A stretch of 63,369 bases of DNA, filler included, from Candidatus Tectimicrobiota bacterium (GTDB lineage Bacteria > JACPSX01), in assembly GCA_016193065.1 (NCBI GenBank). It is 7 parts of 7 records of this genome, joined end to end, with 100 filler letters (N's around TTAATTAATTAA, not from the genome) between each part and the next. Parts side by side here need not be neighbours in the genome. Positions count along the whole stretch, not along the records: positions 1 to 12,902 come from JACPSX010000046.1; 6 more parts are not named here. One strand, given 5' to 3'. The position numbers and the translations under genes were made by a program. This document shows, piece after piece, positions 1 through 10,108 of the stretch. Position 1 is the stretch's first letter, and each line of letters begins with the position of its first letter. The notes beneath the pieces are model-generated. The model had not been told where the DNA came from. It made no database searches and saw only the letters and a program-made list of their open reading frames with translations.

Positions 1-89
1 CCGACTTCCTTTTCCCCTTTGAGGCCACCTCGGTGCTGATCTTCGTGGCCCTGTTGGGAGTGGTGATCTTGGCCAAAAAGAAACTCTAG
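1..89 (+). CDS. nuoJ: NADH-quinone oxidoreductase subunit J, 3' end (partial)
   Basis: Frame 3 reads [28 protein letters not shown], the typical NuoJ C-terminus; it matches the end of the paralog at 9274-9783 and precedes nuoK. Confidence 0.9.
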   Translation, partial: DFLFPFEATSVLIFVALLGVVILAKKKL

Positions 90-100
90 GCCGCAGTGAC

Positions 101-415
101 GTGGAGGCATCTGTGGTTCCTCTCAGCCATTACTTGATCGTCAGCGCCGCCCTCTTCGCCATCGGTGTGGCGGGCGTACTGGTGCGCCGCAACGCCATCA
201 TCATCTTCCTGAGCATCGAGATCATGCTCAATGCGGTGAACCTGACTTTTGTGGCCTTCTCGCGCTTTCTCGATTCTCTGAGCGGCCAGATCATCGTCTT
301 CTTCGTCATGACCGTGGCGGCCGCCGAAGCCGCCGTAGGGCTGGCCATCATCGTGTCCATTTACCGGAACCGGGAATCCGTGGACGTGGACCGCGTCAAC
401 TTGCTGAAGGGGTAG
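101..415 (+). CDS. nuoK: NADH-quinone oxidoreductase subunit K (copy 1)
   Basis: [11 protein letters not shown] and [11 protein letters not shown] motifs, 104 aa. Confidence 0.97.
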   Translation: MEASVVPLSHYLIVSAALFAIGVAGVLVRRNAIIIFLSIEIMLNAVNLTFVAFSRFLDSLSGQIIVFFVMTVAAAEAAVGLAIIVSIYRNRESVDVDRVNLLKG

Positions 416-439
416 CGGATGAAGAAAGCGTGCAGGGCT

Positions 440-648
440 TAGCATTCAGCACTCAGCTATCAGCCTGAGAATTGGAGGATCAAGGAATTTAACCTCAATC
501 CGAAATTCCCCATCGGGGTCATTCAGCGTTGGCCCGCGGGTGTCAGGCCCTGCGGGCCACCGGCGCGGATCAAGCAGGTTGGTTTTCTTCGGATAAGGTT
601 TAACCTACCGAGCTGACGGTTGAACGCTGATCGCTGACAGCTGAAAGC
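440..648. repeat. Inverted arrays of ~7-bp TCAGCNN / GCTGANN repeats flanking an intergenic insert
   Basis: agcattcagcactcagctatcagc (~441-464) is complementary to gctgatcgctgacagctgaaagc (~626-648); a similar motif occurs at ~8255-8272. Confidence 0.6.
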
Positions 649-700
649 TTGCGGTAGGAAGTAGACGATGGAGTCGTTCGAGTGATGGAGTGGCAGACGA

Positions 701-2560
701 ATGCTTGACTATGTAGGCTGGGTGCCCCTGCTGACCTTCCTCGGGGTGGTCGTCAACGGCTTGTTCGGCAAGTTGCTGGGCAAGAGGGCCGTGACCTGGG
801 TCGGCTGCGGCGTGGTAGGGCTCTCCTTCCTTCTCTCCTTAGGGATCTTGCAGACCTTGCTCTCGCTGCCTGTGGAGTCGCGTCACTTTGAGAAGATCCT
901 CTACACCTGGGTGGCGGCCGGAGATTTCCGCGCCGTGGTCGGCTTCCAGGTGGATCCGCTGTCGGCGGTGATGATCCTGGTGGTCACCGGGGTCGGGTTC
1001 CTCATTCATGTCTATTCCGTGGGCTACATGCGCGAGGACGGCGGCTACGCCCGCTACTTCGCCTACCTGAACCTGTTCACGTTCTCCATGCTGATCCTGG
1101 TCCTGGCCAACAACTTCCTGCTCATGTTCGTGGGCTGGGAAGCCGTGGGGCTCTGCTCTTATTTGCTGATCGGCTTCTGGTTCGAGAGGAAGTCGGCCTC
1201 CGATGCGGCCAAGAAGGCTTTCATCGTGAACCGGGTGGGGGATTTCGCCTTCCTGATCGGCCTTTTTCTGATCTTCGTTCACTTTAAGACGCTGGATTTT
1301 ACCGAGGTCTTCGGCTCCGCTCCCCGGGTTCTCGGCGAGGGGACCGTGCTGGCCACGGCGATTACCCTCCTCTTGTTCGCCGGGGCCACGGGGAAATCCG
1401 CCCAGCTCCCCCTGTACGTGTGGCTCCCGGATGCCATGGAGGGTCCCACGCCGGTAAGCGCTTTGATCCACGCGGCCACGATGGTCACGGCGGGGGTTTA
1501 CATGGTCGCCCGGACCAGCGCCCTTTACCTTCTGGCTCCTGTCTCGATGACCGTGGTGGCCACGGTGGGAGCCCTGACGGCTCTGTTTGCGGCCACCATC
1601 GCCCTGGCCCAGAACGACATCAAGCGGGTTCTGGCCTATTCGACCATCAGCCAGCTCGGTTACATGTTTCTCGCTGTGGGGGTAGGGGCCTTTGCGGCGG
1701 GAATCTTCCATCTGATGACCCATGCGTTTTTTAAAGCTCTCATGTTCCTGGCTGCCGGCAGCGTGATCCATGCCCTGGGGGGAGAGCAGGATATGCGTCA
1801 GATGGGAAAGCTCAAAGAGAAGCTGCCGGTCACCTACTGGACGAACCTCATGGGGGTCCTGGCGATTGCGGGAATTCCGGGCTTTTCGGGCTTTTTCAGC
1901 AAGGATGAGATCCTCTGGAAGGCGTACAGCAGCCCCTACGGCGGCTTGGGGTTCTGGCTCATCGGGGCCGTCACCGCGGGCCTCACGGCTTTTTACATGG
2001 GCAGGCACCTGTTCATGATCTTTCACGGGGAAAGCCGTGTCGATTCCCACCGGGCAGCCCACCTGCACGAGTCTCCAGCGACGATCGCTGTTCCGCTGAT
2101 GTTTCTCGCCATACTGTCTGTCGTCGGAGGATATCTGGGCGTTCCTGCCGTCCTGGGAGGCGGCCAGCCCTTTGAGGCCTTTCTGGCTCCGGTTTTCGGA
2201 GCGGAGGGCGCTCACAACTTGGGAGGAGGGGCCCATTCGGCCGGCCCGGAGTTACTGCTCATGGGAATTTCCGTTCTCCTGGCCCTGGGCGGGATCGGGG
2301 TTGCCTATCGGTTCTACGTAAAAAATCCCCGGATTCCTGTTCTCCTGGCGGGGCGCTGGCCGCGGACCTATCGGGTCTTGCTCAACAAGTATTATGTGGA
2401 TGAGCTTTATGGATTCCTGATCGTGAAGCCGCTGGTGCTGGGCTCCCGGTGGCTGTTCGAGGCCCTGGATACTTTCGTCATTGAGGGGACGGTAAACGGC
2501 GTGGCCCATCTCCTGGAAGCCGGCGGCATGGCCCTGCGCCGCCTGCAATCAGGGTATGCG
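701..2560 (+). CDS. nuoL: NADH-quinone oxidoreductase subunit L (copy 1); last TM helix and stop lost at a deletion junction
   Basis: [32 protein letters not shown] and [10 protein letters not shown] motifs; homology ends at RRLQSGY, after which the ORF runs out of frame over nuoM to 3073. Confidence 0.93.
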
Positions 2561-4076
2561 AGTGCAGTGGATCCGCTGGGGCGCGCTGCTCGTCTCGCTG
2601 CTGGATTTCGTCCTGTCCCTGAAGCTCTACACGGACTTCAACCCCGCGACCCCGGCCCTGCAGTTTGTGGAGAAGGTCCCGTGGATTCCGCGCTGGGGGG
2701 TGTCCTACAGCGTGGGGGTGGACGGGATCAGCCTGTTTCTCATCCTGCTCACGACCTTGCTCAGCAGCGTGGCCATCCTGTCTTCCTGGAAAGCGATCAC
2801 GGAAAGGGTGAAGGAGTACATGGCCTCCATGCTGCTCCTGGAGACCGGCATGCTGGGGGTCTTTGTGGCCGCCGACCTCTTCCTGTTTTACGTGTTCTGG
2901 GAGGTCATGCTGGTGCCCATGTATTTCCTCATCGGGATCTGGGGGGGACCCCGCCGGATTTATGCCGCGGTGAAATTCTTCCTGTACACGATGGTGGGCA
3001 GCCTGCTCATGCTGGTGGCCATCCTGGTGCTCTTTTTTCTCAACTACGAGGTCACCGGCCGGTACACGTTTGACTTGTGGGATCTCTATCAACTGGAGCT
3101 TCCCCTCCATCTCCAGGTCTGGCTCTTTCTGGCCTTTGCCTTGAGCTTTGCCATCAAGGTGCCCATGTTTCCCTTCCACACCTGGTTGCCCGATGCCCAT
3201 GTGGAGGCACCCACGGCGGGCAGCGTCATCCTGGCCGGCGTCCTGCTGAAGATGGGGACCTACGGGTTTCTGCGCTTTGCTCTCCCCCTGTTTCCCGCCG
3301 CCACCCTGCAGTTTGTCCCCTGGATCTCCTGGCTGGCCCTGATCGGGATTATTTACGGGGCGCTCATGGCCTTCGTGCAAAAGGACATCAAGTCCCTGGT
3401 GGCCTATTCCAGCGTAAGCCACCTGGGCTTTGTGATGCTGGGGATTTTTGCTCTGAACCCTGAGGGGATTCAGGGGGGGATCCTGCAGATGGTGAACCAT
3501 GGGCTCTCCACGGGTGCTCTGTTCCTCATCGTGGGGATCATCTACGAGCGCCGCCACACCCGCCTGATCGAGGAGTTCGGCGGGCTTTCCTCCCGGATCC
3601 CCCTGTTTGCCACCTTCTTCATGATCGTCACTCTTTCTTCCATTGGTTTGCCCGGTCTGAACGGGTTCGTCGGGGAGTTCCTGATCCTGGTGGGCACGTT
3701 CCGGTCGAACCCGCTCTACGGGGTCATCGGGGCCGTCGGGGTGATTCTGGCTGCCGTGTACATGCTGTGGATGTTTCAGAAGGTCATGTTCGGGAAGATC
3801 ACAAATCCGCAGAACCAAAACCTGGCGGACATGACGACCCGGGAGGTCATCACCCTGATTCCTCTGGTGGCGCTCATCTTCTTCATCGGCGTTTTCCCGA
3901 GCGTCTTCCTGGCCAAGATGGAAACCTCGGTTTCCCATCTGATCGGTCGCGTCCAGGGGGGAGGAGAATTGCGTGTCCAGAGCCCGGCGCCTCCCGAGAC
4001 GTCTGCCCCGCTTCTTTTGGACTCGCGTGACCGCTCACGGGTAAACGGTACGGGTCCGGGGGAGAATCTTCCATGA
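2556..4076 (+). CDS. nuoM: NADH-quinone oxidoreductase subunit M (copy 1); first TM helix apparently missing
   Basis: [23 protein letters not shown] and [10 protein letters not shown] motifs; N-terminus shorter than the paralog at 12138. Confidence 0.95.
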   Translation: MRVQWIRWGALLVSLLDFVLSLKLYTDFNPATPALQFVEKVPWIPRWGVSYSVGVDGISLFLILLTTLLSSVAILSSWKAITERVKEYMASMLLLETGMLGVFVAADLFLFYVFWEVMLVPMYFLIGIWGGPRRIYAAVKFFLYTMVGSLLMLVAILVLFFLNYEVTGRYTFDLWDLYQLELPLHLQVWLFLAFALSFAIKVPMFPFHTWLPDAHVEAPTAGSVILAGVLLKMGTYGFLRFALPLFPAATLQFVPWISWLALIGIIYGALMAFVQKDIKSLVAYSSVSHLGFVMLGIFALNPEGIQGGILQMVNHGLSTGALFLIVGIIYERRHTRLIEEFGGLSSRIPLFATFFMIVTLSSIGLPGLNGFVGEFLILVGTFRSNPLYGVIGAVGVILAAVYMLWMFQKVMFGKITNPQNQNLADMTTREVITLIPLVALIFFIGVFPSVFLAKMETSVSHLIGRVQGGGELRVQSPAPPETSAPLLLDSRDRSRVNGTGPGENLP

Positions 4077-5533
4077 ACTTCGTGCTGCCGGAAATCGATC
4101 TGGGAGCCATCGCGCCTCAGCTCTGGCTCACTGCCACAGCCATCCTGGTCTTGATGGTTCAGGCGTTCGTACCGCTGGTCACGAGCCGCTCCCTGGCCCT
4201 GCTCAGCATCATCGGCAGCCTTCTCTCCCTGGTGGCCACCCTGGGCCTGTGGGGACAGGAAGCCGTTTTGTTCTCGGGGATGATTGCCCTGGACACCTTC
4301 AGCCTCTTTTTCAATGTGGTTTTCCTGCTCGGGGCCATCCTCACGGTGCTGATCTCGGTTGAGTACCTGGAGCGCGAGCAGATCGCCCACGGGGAGTATT
4401 TCGCGCTGGTGCTTTTTGCCACCGTGGGAATGATGATCATGGCCGCGGGGGTCGACCTGATTGCCATCTTCATCGGCCTGGAAATCCTCTCTCTCTCCCT
4501 CTACGTGCTGGCGGGGTTCATGCGCCAGGTCCTGCGCTCCAACGAGTCGGCCATGAAGTATTTCCTGCTGGGCGCCTTCGCCACCGGATTTTTCCTCTAC
4601 GGCATCGCCCTGTTGTATGGAGCCACCGGGAGCACGAACCTGGACCGGATCTTCTTAATCGCGGGCGAACGGGGAGGGTGGGGAAACGTGCTGGTCATGG
4701 GAGGGATGGGGCTTCTGCTCGTCGGATTTGGCTTCAAGGTGGCCTCCGTCCCCTTTCATATGTGGACTCCGGATGTTTACGAGGGGGCTCCCACTCCCAT
4801 TTCCGCCTTCATGTCGACGGCCGCCAAGGCCGGCGCCTTCGCGGCCTTCGTGCGGGTCTTCCTGTATTCACTGCCCGGGCTGGCGGCTTCCTGGGCACCG
4901 CTGCTGGCCGGCATGGCGGTCTTGTCGATGGTCGTGGGGACCCTGCTGGCCCTGGTCCAGAGGCGCAATATCAAGAGGCTGCTGGCGTATTCCAGCATTG
5001 TCCACGTGGGCTACCTTTTGCTCGGGCTTCTCTCGGGCGGGACCGAGGGCGGGGCCAGCGTCCTTTTCTACTTGCTGGCCTATACGTTCATGCAGGTGGG
5101 GGCGTTTGCCGTGGTGGTTTACCTGGGAGGCCAGGGGGAAGATGACCTGTCGCTGGCCCGCTTCTCCGGGGTGGCCGTTCGCCACCCGGTGGCCGCTTTG
5201 GCGTTTTCTCTCTTCCTCCTGTCCCTGGCCGGGATTCCGCCGACGGCGGGCTTCGTGGGCAAGTTTTATATTTTCAGCGCCGCGATCCAGGCGGGACACA
5301 TCGGGCTGGCCGTGGTGGGCGTTCTCACCAGCGTGGTCTCGCTTTATTACTATCTGGGAGTTATTGTGTTCATGTACATGCGTGATCCCGTCGACCTTCC
5401 GGAGCGGCGGCCGTCGGCGGCCTTGGTCACGGCCCTAGCCTTGGCCGTGGCCGGCACCGTGGAGATGGGGCTTTTCCCCGGCAGCCTCCTGGATCTGGCT
5501 CAGCAGTCCGTGGCGAGTCTTCTGGGCTCCTGA
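4073..5533 (+). CDS. nuoN: NADH-quinone oxidoreductase subunit N
   Basis: [23 protein letters not shown] and [16 protein letters not shown] motifs. Confidence 0.96.
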   Translation: MNFVLPEIDLGAIAPQLWLTATAILVLMVQAFVPLVTSRSLALLSIIGSLLSLVATLGLWGQEAVLFSGMIALDTFSLFFNVVFLLGAILTVLISVEYLEREQIAHGEYFALVLFATVGMMIMAAGVDLIAIFIGLEILSLSLYVLAGFMRQVLRSNESAMKYFLLGAFATGFFLYGIALLYGATGSTNLDRIFLIAGERGGWGNVLVMGGMGLLLVGFGFKVASVPFHMWTPDVYEGAPTPISAFMSTAAKAGAFAAFVRVFLYSLPGLAASWAPLLAGMAVLSMVVGTLLALVQRRNIKRLLAYSSIVHVGYLLLGLLSGGTEGGASVLFYLLAYTFMQVGAFAVVVYLGGQGEDDLSLARFSGVAVRHPVAALAFSLFLLSLAGIPPTAGFVGKFYIFSAAIQAGHIGLAVVGVLTSVVSLYYYLGVIVFMYMRDPVDLPERRPSAALVTALALAVAGTVEMGLFPGSLLDLAQQSVASLLGS

Positions 5534-5594
5534 GGGCAGACCAAAGAGGAAAACTTGCCCCCGACTTCGTTATTGAGGAGCTACTCTCATCCGC

Positions 5595-5663
5595 TCCTCG
5601 GGGTGCCCCCTTGGGCTCACGAAGCGCTTGCGACGTGAATTGTGTGGGCCGGATTGAGAGTTC
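5595..5663. repeat. Dispersed intergenic repeat (MITE/REP-like), copy 1
   Basis: cccccttgggctcacgaagcgcttgcgacgtgaattgtgtgggccggattgagagttc is near-identical to the reverse complement of 49049-49119. Confidence 0.85.
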
Positions 5664-6070
5664 TCTTCCTCGCAACCGCTTAGATCGCCTGCGGGGGCTA
5701 CCCCTCGGCCGGAGACGACTGAGGAGGCTGCCCGATCTGCCCTGAGCGCAACTGCCGGGAGCAATGGCACCCGCGAAGCGGGTACCCGACCGGGAGCGGC
5801 CAGGGATGGGAAACCGCGCAGCCTAAACTTGCTTGCAGATAGCTCAATACTTAACGTGGCGGTAGCGGAGGGGTCCCGCACCCATAGAATGGGTACCCGG
5901 CGCCCCGGAAGGGTCATTGCGGGAGGCGTGAAGCGAAGGGCGGGAGGGCAGTCCCCTGAAATGGATTCGCCAAAGCTGGGGCTGAGCAAGACGGGAAAAG
6001 GGTTGCATGGTAGAATCTCCTGTGCTAGGGTTTGCAGTCGATTTTTCGGAGGGGAAGGGGAAATGAGAGC

Positions 6071-6463
6071 GTGGAAGTATTCTTAAGGGGTTATTCCGCC
6101 CTCGGTCCTTACGTCCCGGTATTCCTTTTCATCGTGGTGGCCGTCACATTTGGCATTGTGACTCTGTTCATTGCCAAGCTGGTGCGACCCCACAGACCCT
6201 ACCCCGAAAAGCTTTCCCCTTACGAGTGCGGCGTCCCGCCTCTCATGGAAGCCCGCGAGCGCTTCTTTATCCGGTTTTACATCATCGCCATACTTTTTGT
6301 CCTGTTCGATGTGGAGGCGGCGTTTCTCTACCCTTGGGCCGTGCTCTACGGGAAGCTCGGGCTCTACGGTTTCATTGAAATGATGATCTTCATCGGCATC
6401 CTGCTGGTGGGATATTTTTACGCCTGGCGCAAGGGGGCGCTGGATTGGGTGAAGGAAGGCTAA
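6071..6463 (+). CDS. nuoA: NADH-quinone oxidoreductase subunit A
   Basis: PYECG and LFVLFDVEAAFLYPWA motifs, WRKGALDW end; GTG start at 6071 inferred. Confidence 0.95.
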   Translation: MEVFLRGYSALGPYVPVFLFIVVAVTFGIVTLFIAKLVRPHRPYPEKLSPYECGVPPLMEARERFFIRFYIIAILFVLFDVEAAFLYPWAVLYGKLGLYGFIEMMIFIGILLVGYFYAWRKGALDWVKEG

Positions 6464-6469
6464 AGGGCC

Positions 6470-7156
6470 GTGGATGAAAAAGATCGAGAAGAAAAAATCA
6501 AGGCCGCCCAAGAAGGGGCGGCAAAGCGTGCTGCAGCTCCCAAACCTGCTCAGGAAGCAGCTCCCGCCCCGGATGTAGAAACGATCCCCGTCGTGCGCCG
6601 CTTGCGGCAGTCCTTCCCCGAGGCGGTCCGTGAAGTTACCGTCCCCGGAAAAATCCCGGACGAGCTCACCGTGCTGATCTCAGCGGAAAAGATCGTTGAG
6701 GTTTGCCGGTTTCTCAAGGAGGACCCCGAGCTTTCCTTCGATTACCTGGCTGATCTGACGGGTGTCCATTATCCGGATCGGGAAGAGTGCCTGGAGGTGG
6801 TCTATCACCTCTATTCCATGAAGCGCCGGGAGCGCTTGCGGCTCAAAGTGCGGGTGCGGGAAGAGGAGGCCGTGGAATCCGTGAGCTCCGTGTGGCGAAC
6901 GGCCAACTGGCATGAGCGCGAGGCTTACGACCTGGTGGGGGTCCGCTTCCGCAATCATCCCGACCTGAGGCGCATCCTTTTGCCGGAAGAGTGGGAAGGG
7001 CACCCCCTGCGCAAGGAGTACCCTGTGGAGGGGAAAGGAGAAGGGTTGCGCTACGTGGCCCATGTCCTGCGGGATCCCGAAAGAGCCTTCCGGGAATTCG
7101 AGGAGCACCAAGCGAGCAAGAAATCACAGGAAGTTCCCCAGGAGGAGGGGGAATAA
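6470..7156 (+). CDS. nuoC: NADH-quinone oxidoreductase subunit C
   Basis: ANWHEREAYDLVGVRFRNHPDLRRILLPEEWEGHPLRKEYP motif. Confidence 0.95.
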   Translation: MDEKDREEKIKAAQEGAAKRAAAPKPAQEAAPAPDVETIPVVRRLRQSFPEAVREVTVPGKIPDELTVLISAEKIVEVCRFLKEDPELSFDYLADLTGVHYPDREECLEVVYHLYSMKRRERLRLKVRVREEEAVESVSSVWRTANWHEREAYDLVGVRFRNHPDLRRILLPEEWEGHPLRKEYPVEGKGEGLRYVAHVLRDPERAFREFEEHQASKKSQEVPQEEGE

Positions 7157-7159
7157 GCC

Positions 7160-8257
7160 GTGCTGGAAACGAGAGAGCTGATTCTCAACATGGGTCCCCA
7201 GCACCCCAGCACCCACGGGGTCTTGCGCTTGGTCTTGAAGCTCGAGGGGGAGACGATCGTGGGGACCGACGTGGTCATCGGATACCTCCACCGCGGCTCG
7301 GAAAAGATCGCCGAAAATCTCCCCTACTTCGAGTTCGTCCCCTATACGGACCGTCTGGACTATACGGCGGCCCTATCCAGCAACCTGGGTTACGTGATGG
7401 CGGTGGAGAAGATCTCCAGCATCCGCCCGCCCGAGCGGGCGGAATACGTCCGGGTGATCCTCACCGAGTTTCAGCGCATTGCGGCCCACTTGGTCTGGCT
7501 CGCGACCCACGCTTTGGACCTGGGGGCCATGTCGGTCTTCCTGTACTGCTTCCGGGAACGGGAGGCGATCCTGGATCTCTTCGAGATGGTCACGGGCGCC
7601 CGTCTCACGATCAACTTTTTCCGCATCGGCGGTGTGCCGGCCGACCTGCCGCCCCAGTTCTTCGCCCGGTCCTGGGAGTTCGTGGAAACCTTTCCCGACC
7701 GCATCAAGGAGTATGAGGCGCTGCTCACCCGCAACAAGATCTGGCTGAAACGCACCCGGAACGTGGCGGTCATCTCCGCCGAGGACGCCATCGACCTGGG
7801 GTTGACGGGTCCGAGCCTGCGGGGCAGCGGGGTTTCATTTGACGTGCGGCGGGCCGAGCCTTATTCCATCTACGAGCGTCTCCAGTTTGATATACCCATC
7901 GGGGAGAAGGGAGATGTGTTTGACAGGTACATGGTGCGGATGGAGGAGATGCGCCAGAGCCTCCGGATCATCCGGCAGTGTCTCGAACAGATTCCGGAAG
8001 GGGATCTCCTGAGCCGCGTGCCGCGCAAGCTGAAACCCGCTCCCGGAGAGGTCTATGTGCGGATCGAGGCTCCCAAAGGGGAGCTGGGCTTCTACATCGT
8101 AAGCGACGGCAGCGAGAAGCCCTATCGTCTCAAGATCCGGGGACCCTCCTTCGTCAATTTGCAGTCCCTGCCCGCCATGGTCCAGGGGGGACTGGTGGCC
8201 GACGTGGTGGCCGCCATCGGCAGCATTGATGTCGTGCTGGGTGAGGTGGATCGCTGA
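7160..8257 (+). CDS. nuoD: NADH-quinone oxidoreductase subunit D
   Basis: NMGPQHPSTHGVLRL, DRLDY and C-terminal DVVLGEVDR; no NiFe-binding cysteines. Confidence 0.96.
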   Translation: MLETRELILNMGPQHPSTHGVLRLVLKLEGETIVGTDVVIGYLHRGSEKIAENLPYFEFVPYTDRLDYTAALSSNLGYVMAVEKISSIRPPERAEYVRVILTEFQRIAAHLVWLATHALDLGAMSVFLYCFREREAILDLFEMVTGARLTINFFRIGGVPADLPPQFFARSWEFVETFPDRIKEYEALLTRNKIWLKRTRNVAVISAEDAIDLGLTGPSLRGSGVSFDVRRAEPYSIYERLQFDIPIGEKGDVFDRYMVRMEEMRQSLRIIRQCLEQIPEGDLLSRVPRKLKPAPGEVYVRIEAPKGELGFYIVSDGSEKPYRLKIRGPSFVNLQSLPAMVQGGLVADVVAAIGSIDVVLGEVDR

Positions 8258-8293
8258 GTGCTGAGGGCTGAGCGCTTTTTAAAGGATTAAGGC

Positions 8294-9261
8294 GTGCCGA
8301 CCGTTCTTGTTGAGATTGTCGTGGTCCTGGTGAAGATTGCCGTTGTTTTCGGGGCCGTTGCCCTGGTGGTGGCCTACCTGACCTATCTGGAGCGTAAAGT
8401 CATCGGCCACATGCAGCACCGCATGGGACCCATGCGCGTGGGCTGGCACGGCCTCCTGCAGCCCATCGCCGACGGCCTCAAGCTTTTTGTCAAAGAAGAC
8501 ATTATCCCCAGCCAGTCGGACCGCTGGGTGTTTTTTCTGGCCCCCGTGGTTTCCCTGGTGCCGGCCTTTATTGCGNNNNNNNNNNNNNNNNNNNNNNNNN
8601 NNNNNNNNNNNNNNNNNNNNNNNNNNNNNNNGGCGTGCTCTACATCCTGGCCGTTTCCTCCCTGGGGGTTTACGGGATCGTGATGGCCGGCTGGGCTTCC
8701 AACAGCAAGTACGCGATCCTGGGCAGCTTCCGCTCGGCGGCCCAGATGTTCAGCTATGAAATCTTCCTGGGGTTCTCCCTCATCGGCCCGCTGATGATTG
8801 CCGGCTCCCTGGATCTGGTAAAGATCGTGGAGGCCCAGTCGGAGGTTTGGGTCATCGTCTACCAGCCGGTTGCTTTTCTTCTCTTCCTGATTGCCGCCAT
8901 TGCGGAGACGAACCGGGTCCCCTTTGATCTCCCGGAGGCGGAGTCCGAGCTGGTGGCGGGCTTTCACACGGAGTACAGCGGCATGAAGTTCGCCTTCTTC
9001 TTCCTGGCCGAGTACGCGAATATGGTCATCGTGGGGGCCATGGCCAGTATCCTCTTCCTGGGAGGCTGGAGCGGCCCTGCTCTTCCCGGGGTGGTCTGGT
9101 TTTTCCTCAAGGTCATGGCGTTTATCTTTTTGTTTATCTGGTTGCGGGCCACGCTGCCGCGGCTGCGCTACGACCAGCTCATGTACATGGGCTGGAAGGT
9201 CATGTTCCCCATCGCGATCCTGAACATCGCGGTGACGGGCCTGGTGATTTACCTGCTCTAG
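8294..9261 (+). CDS. nuoH: NADH-quinone oxidoreductase subunit H (spans scaffold gap 8576-8631)
   Basis: [14 protein letters not shown] and [11 protein letters not shown] before the gap; [21 protein letters not shown] and PRLRYDQLM after it. Confidence 0.95.
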
Positions 9262-9273
9262 GAGATCGCGGAG

Positions 9274-9783
9274 ATGGAGCAGTTCTTCTTTTTTCTGTTT
9301 GCGGCCGGAGCCGTGATCTCGGCTCTCCTGGTGATCAGCCGCCGGAACGTCATGCACTGCGCCTTGTTTCTGGTCCTGACGTTTTTCTTCGTGGCGGCGA
9401 TTTTTGTCCTGCTGAAGGCCGAATTCCTGGCCGCCGTCCAGGTTCTGGTTTACGCGGGCGCCATCATGGTGCTGTTCACGTTTGTGATCTTCCTGGTTCA
9501 TATTCCCCGGACCGAGAAGATCCGCCAGACCTTCCGGCAAAAAAATCTGGCCCTGGCGCTGGGGTTGCTCCTGGGCCTGGAGGTCGCCTACATCCTGTAC
9601 GGAACCATGGCAGCTCCCGCCTCTCTCCCCGCTGCGGCTCCCGTGGGGGCAGTGGGAAACACGGAGAGCTTCGGCGTCGCCCTGTTTACCCGGTTTCTGT
9701 TCCCCTTTGAAGTGGTCTCCGTTCTTCTTCTGGCGGCCATGATCGGGGCGATTGTACTGGCCAAGAAGGAGATTGACCGATGA
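9274..9783 (+). CDS. nuoJ: NADH-quinone oxidoreductase subunit J (copy 2)
   Basis: [20 protein letters not shown] and [13 protein letters not shown] motifs. Confidence 0.95.
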   Translation: MEQFFFFLFAAGAVISALLVISRRNVMHCALFLVLTFFFVAAIFVLLKAEFLAAVQVLVYAGAIMVLFTFVIFLVHIPRTEKIRQTFRQKNLALALGLLLGLEVAYILYGTMAAPASLPAAAPVGAVGNTESFGVALFTRFLFPFEVVSVLLLAAMIGAIVLAKKEIDR

Positions 9784-10091
9784 GTGCCGAGGTGCCTCTC
9801 TCCTATTACCTGATCCTGGGGGCCCTACTGTTCATCATTGGAGCCGTTGGAGTCCTGACCCGGCGCCACGCCCTGGTCATCCTCATGTCCATCGAGCTCA
9901 TGCTGAACGCGGTGAACATCACTCTGGTGGCCTTTTCCCGTATGCAGGGCAACCTGACCGGGCAGGTCTTTTCCCTGTTCATCATCGCGGTGGCCGCCGC
10001 CGAGGCGGCCGTGGGCCTGGCCATCGTGATTGTCCTGTTCAACAGCCGGGAAACTCTCAACATTGATGAGATCAACCTGATGAAATGGTAG
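9780..10091 (+). CDS. nuoK: NADH-quinone oxidoreductase subunit K (copy 2)
   Basis: [11 protein letters not shown] and [11 protein letters not shown] motifs. Confidence 0.96.
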   Translation: MSAEVPLSYYLILGALLFIIGAVGVLTRRHALVILMSIELMLNAVNITLVAFSRMQGNLTGQVFSLFIIAVAAAEAAVGLAIVIVLFNSRETLNIDEINLMKW

Positions 10092-10108
10092 AGGCCAAGG
10101 GAGCTCTC

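Noticed and set aside
701-3073. 790-aa NuoL or a NuoL-NuoM fusion
   Set aside because: The extension beyond ~2560 is an out-of-frame read-through of nuoM caused by a deletion.
5800-5960. Group I intron-like motifs in the nuo spacer
   Set aside because: Only vague resemblance; no identifiable P7 or interrupted host gene.
7160-8257. Group 4 NiFe-hydrogenase large subunit
   Set aside because: No CxxC nickel-binding motifs; the sequence is typical NuoD.
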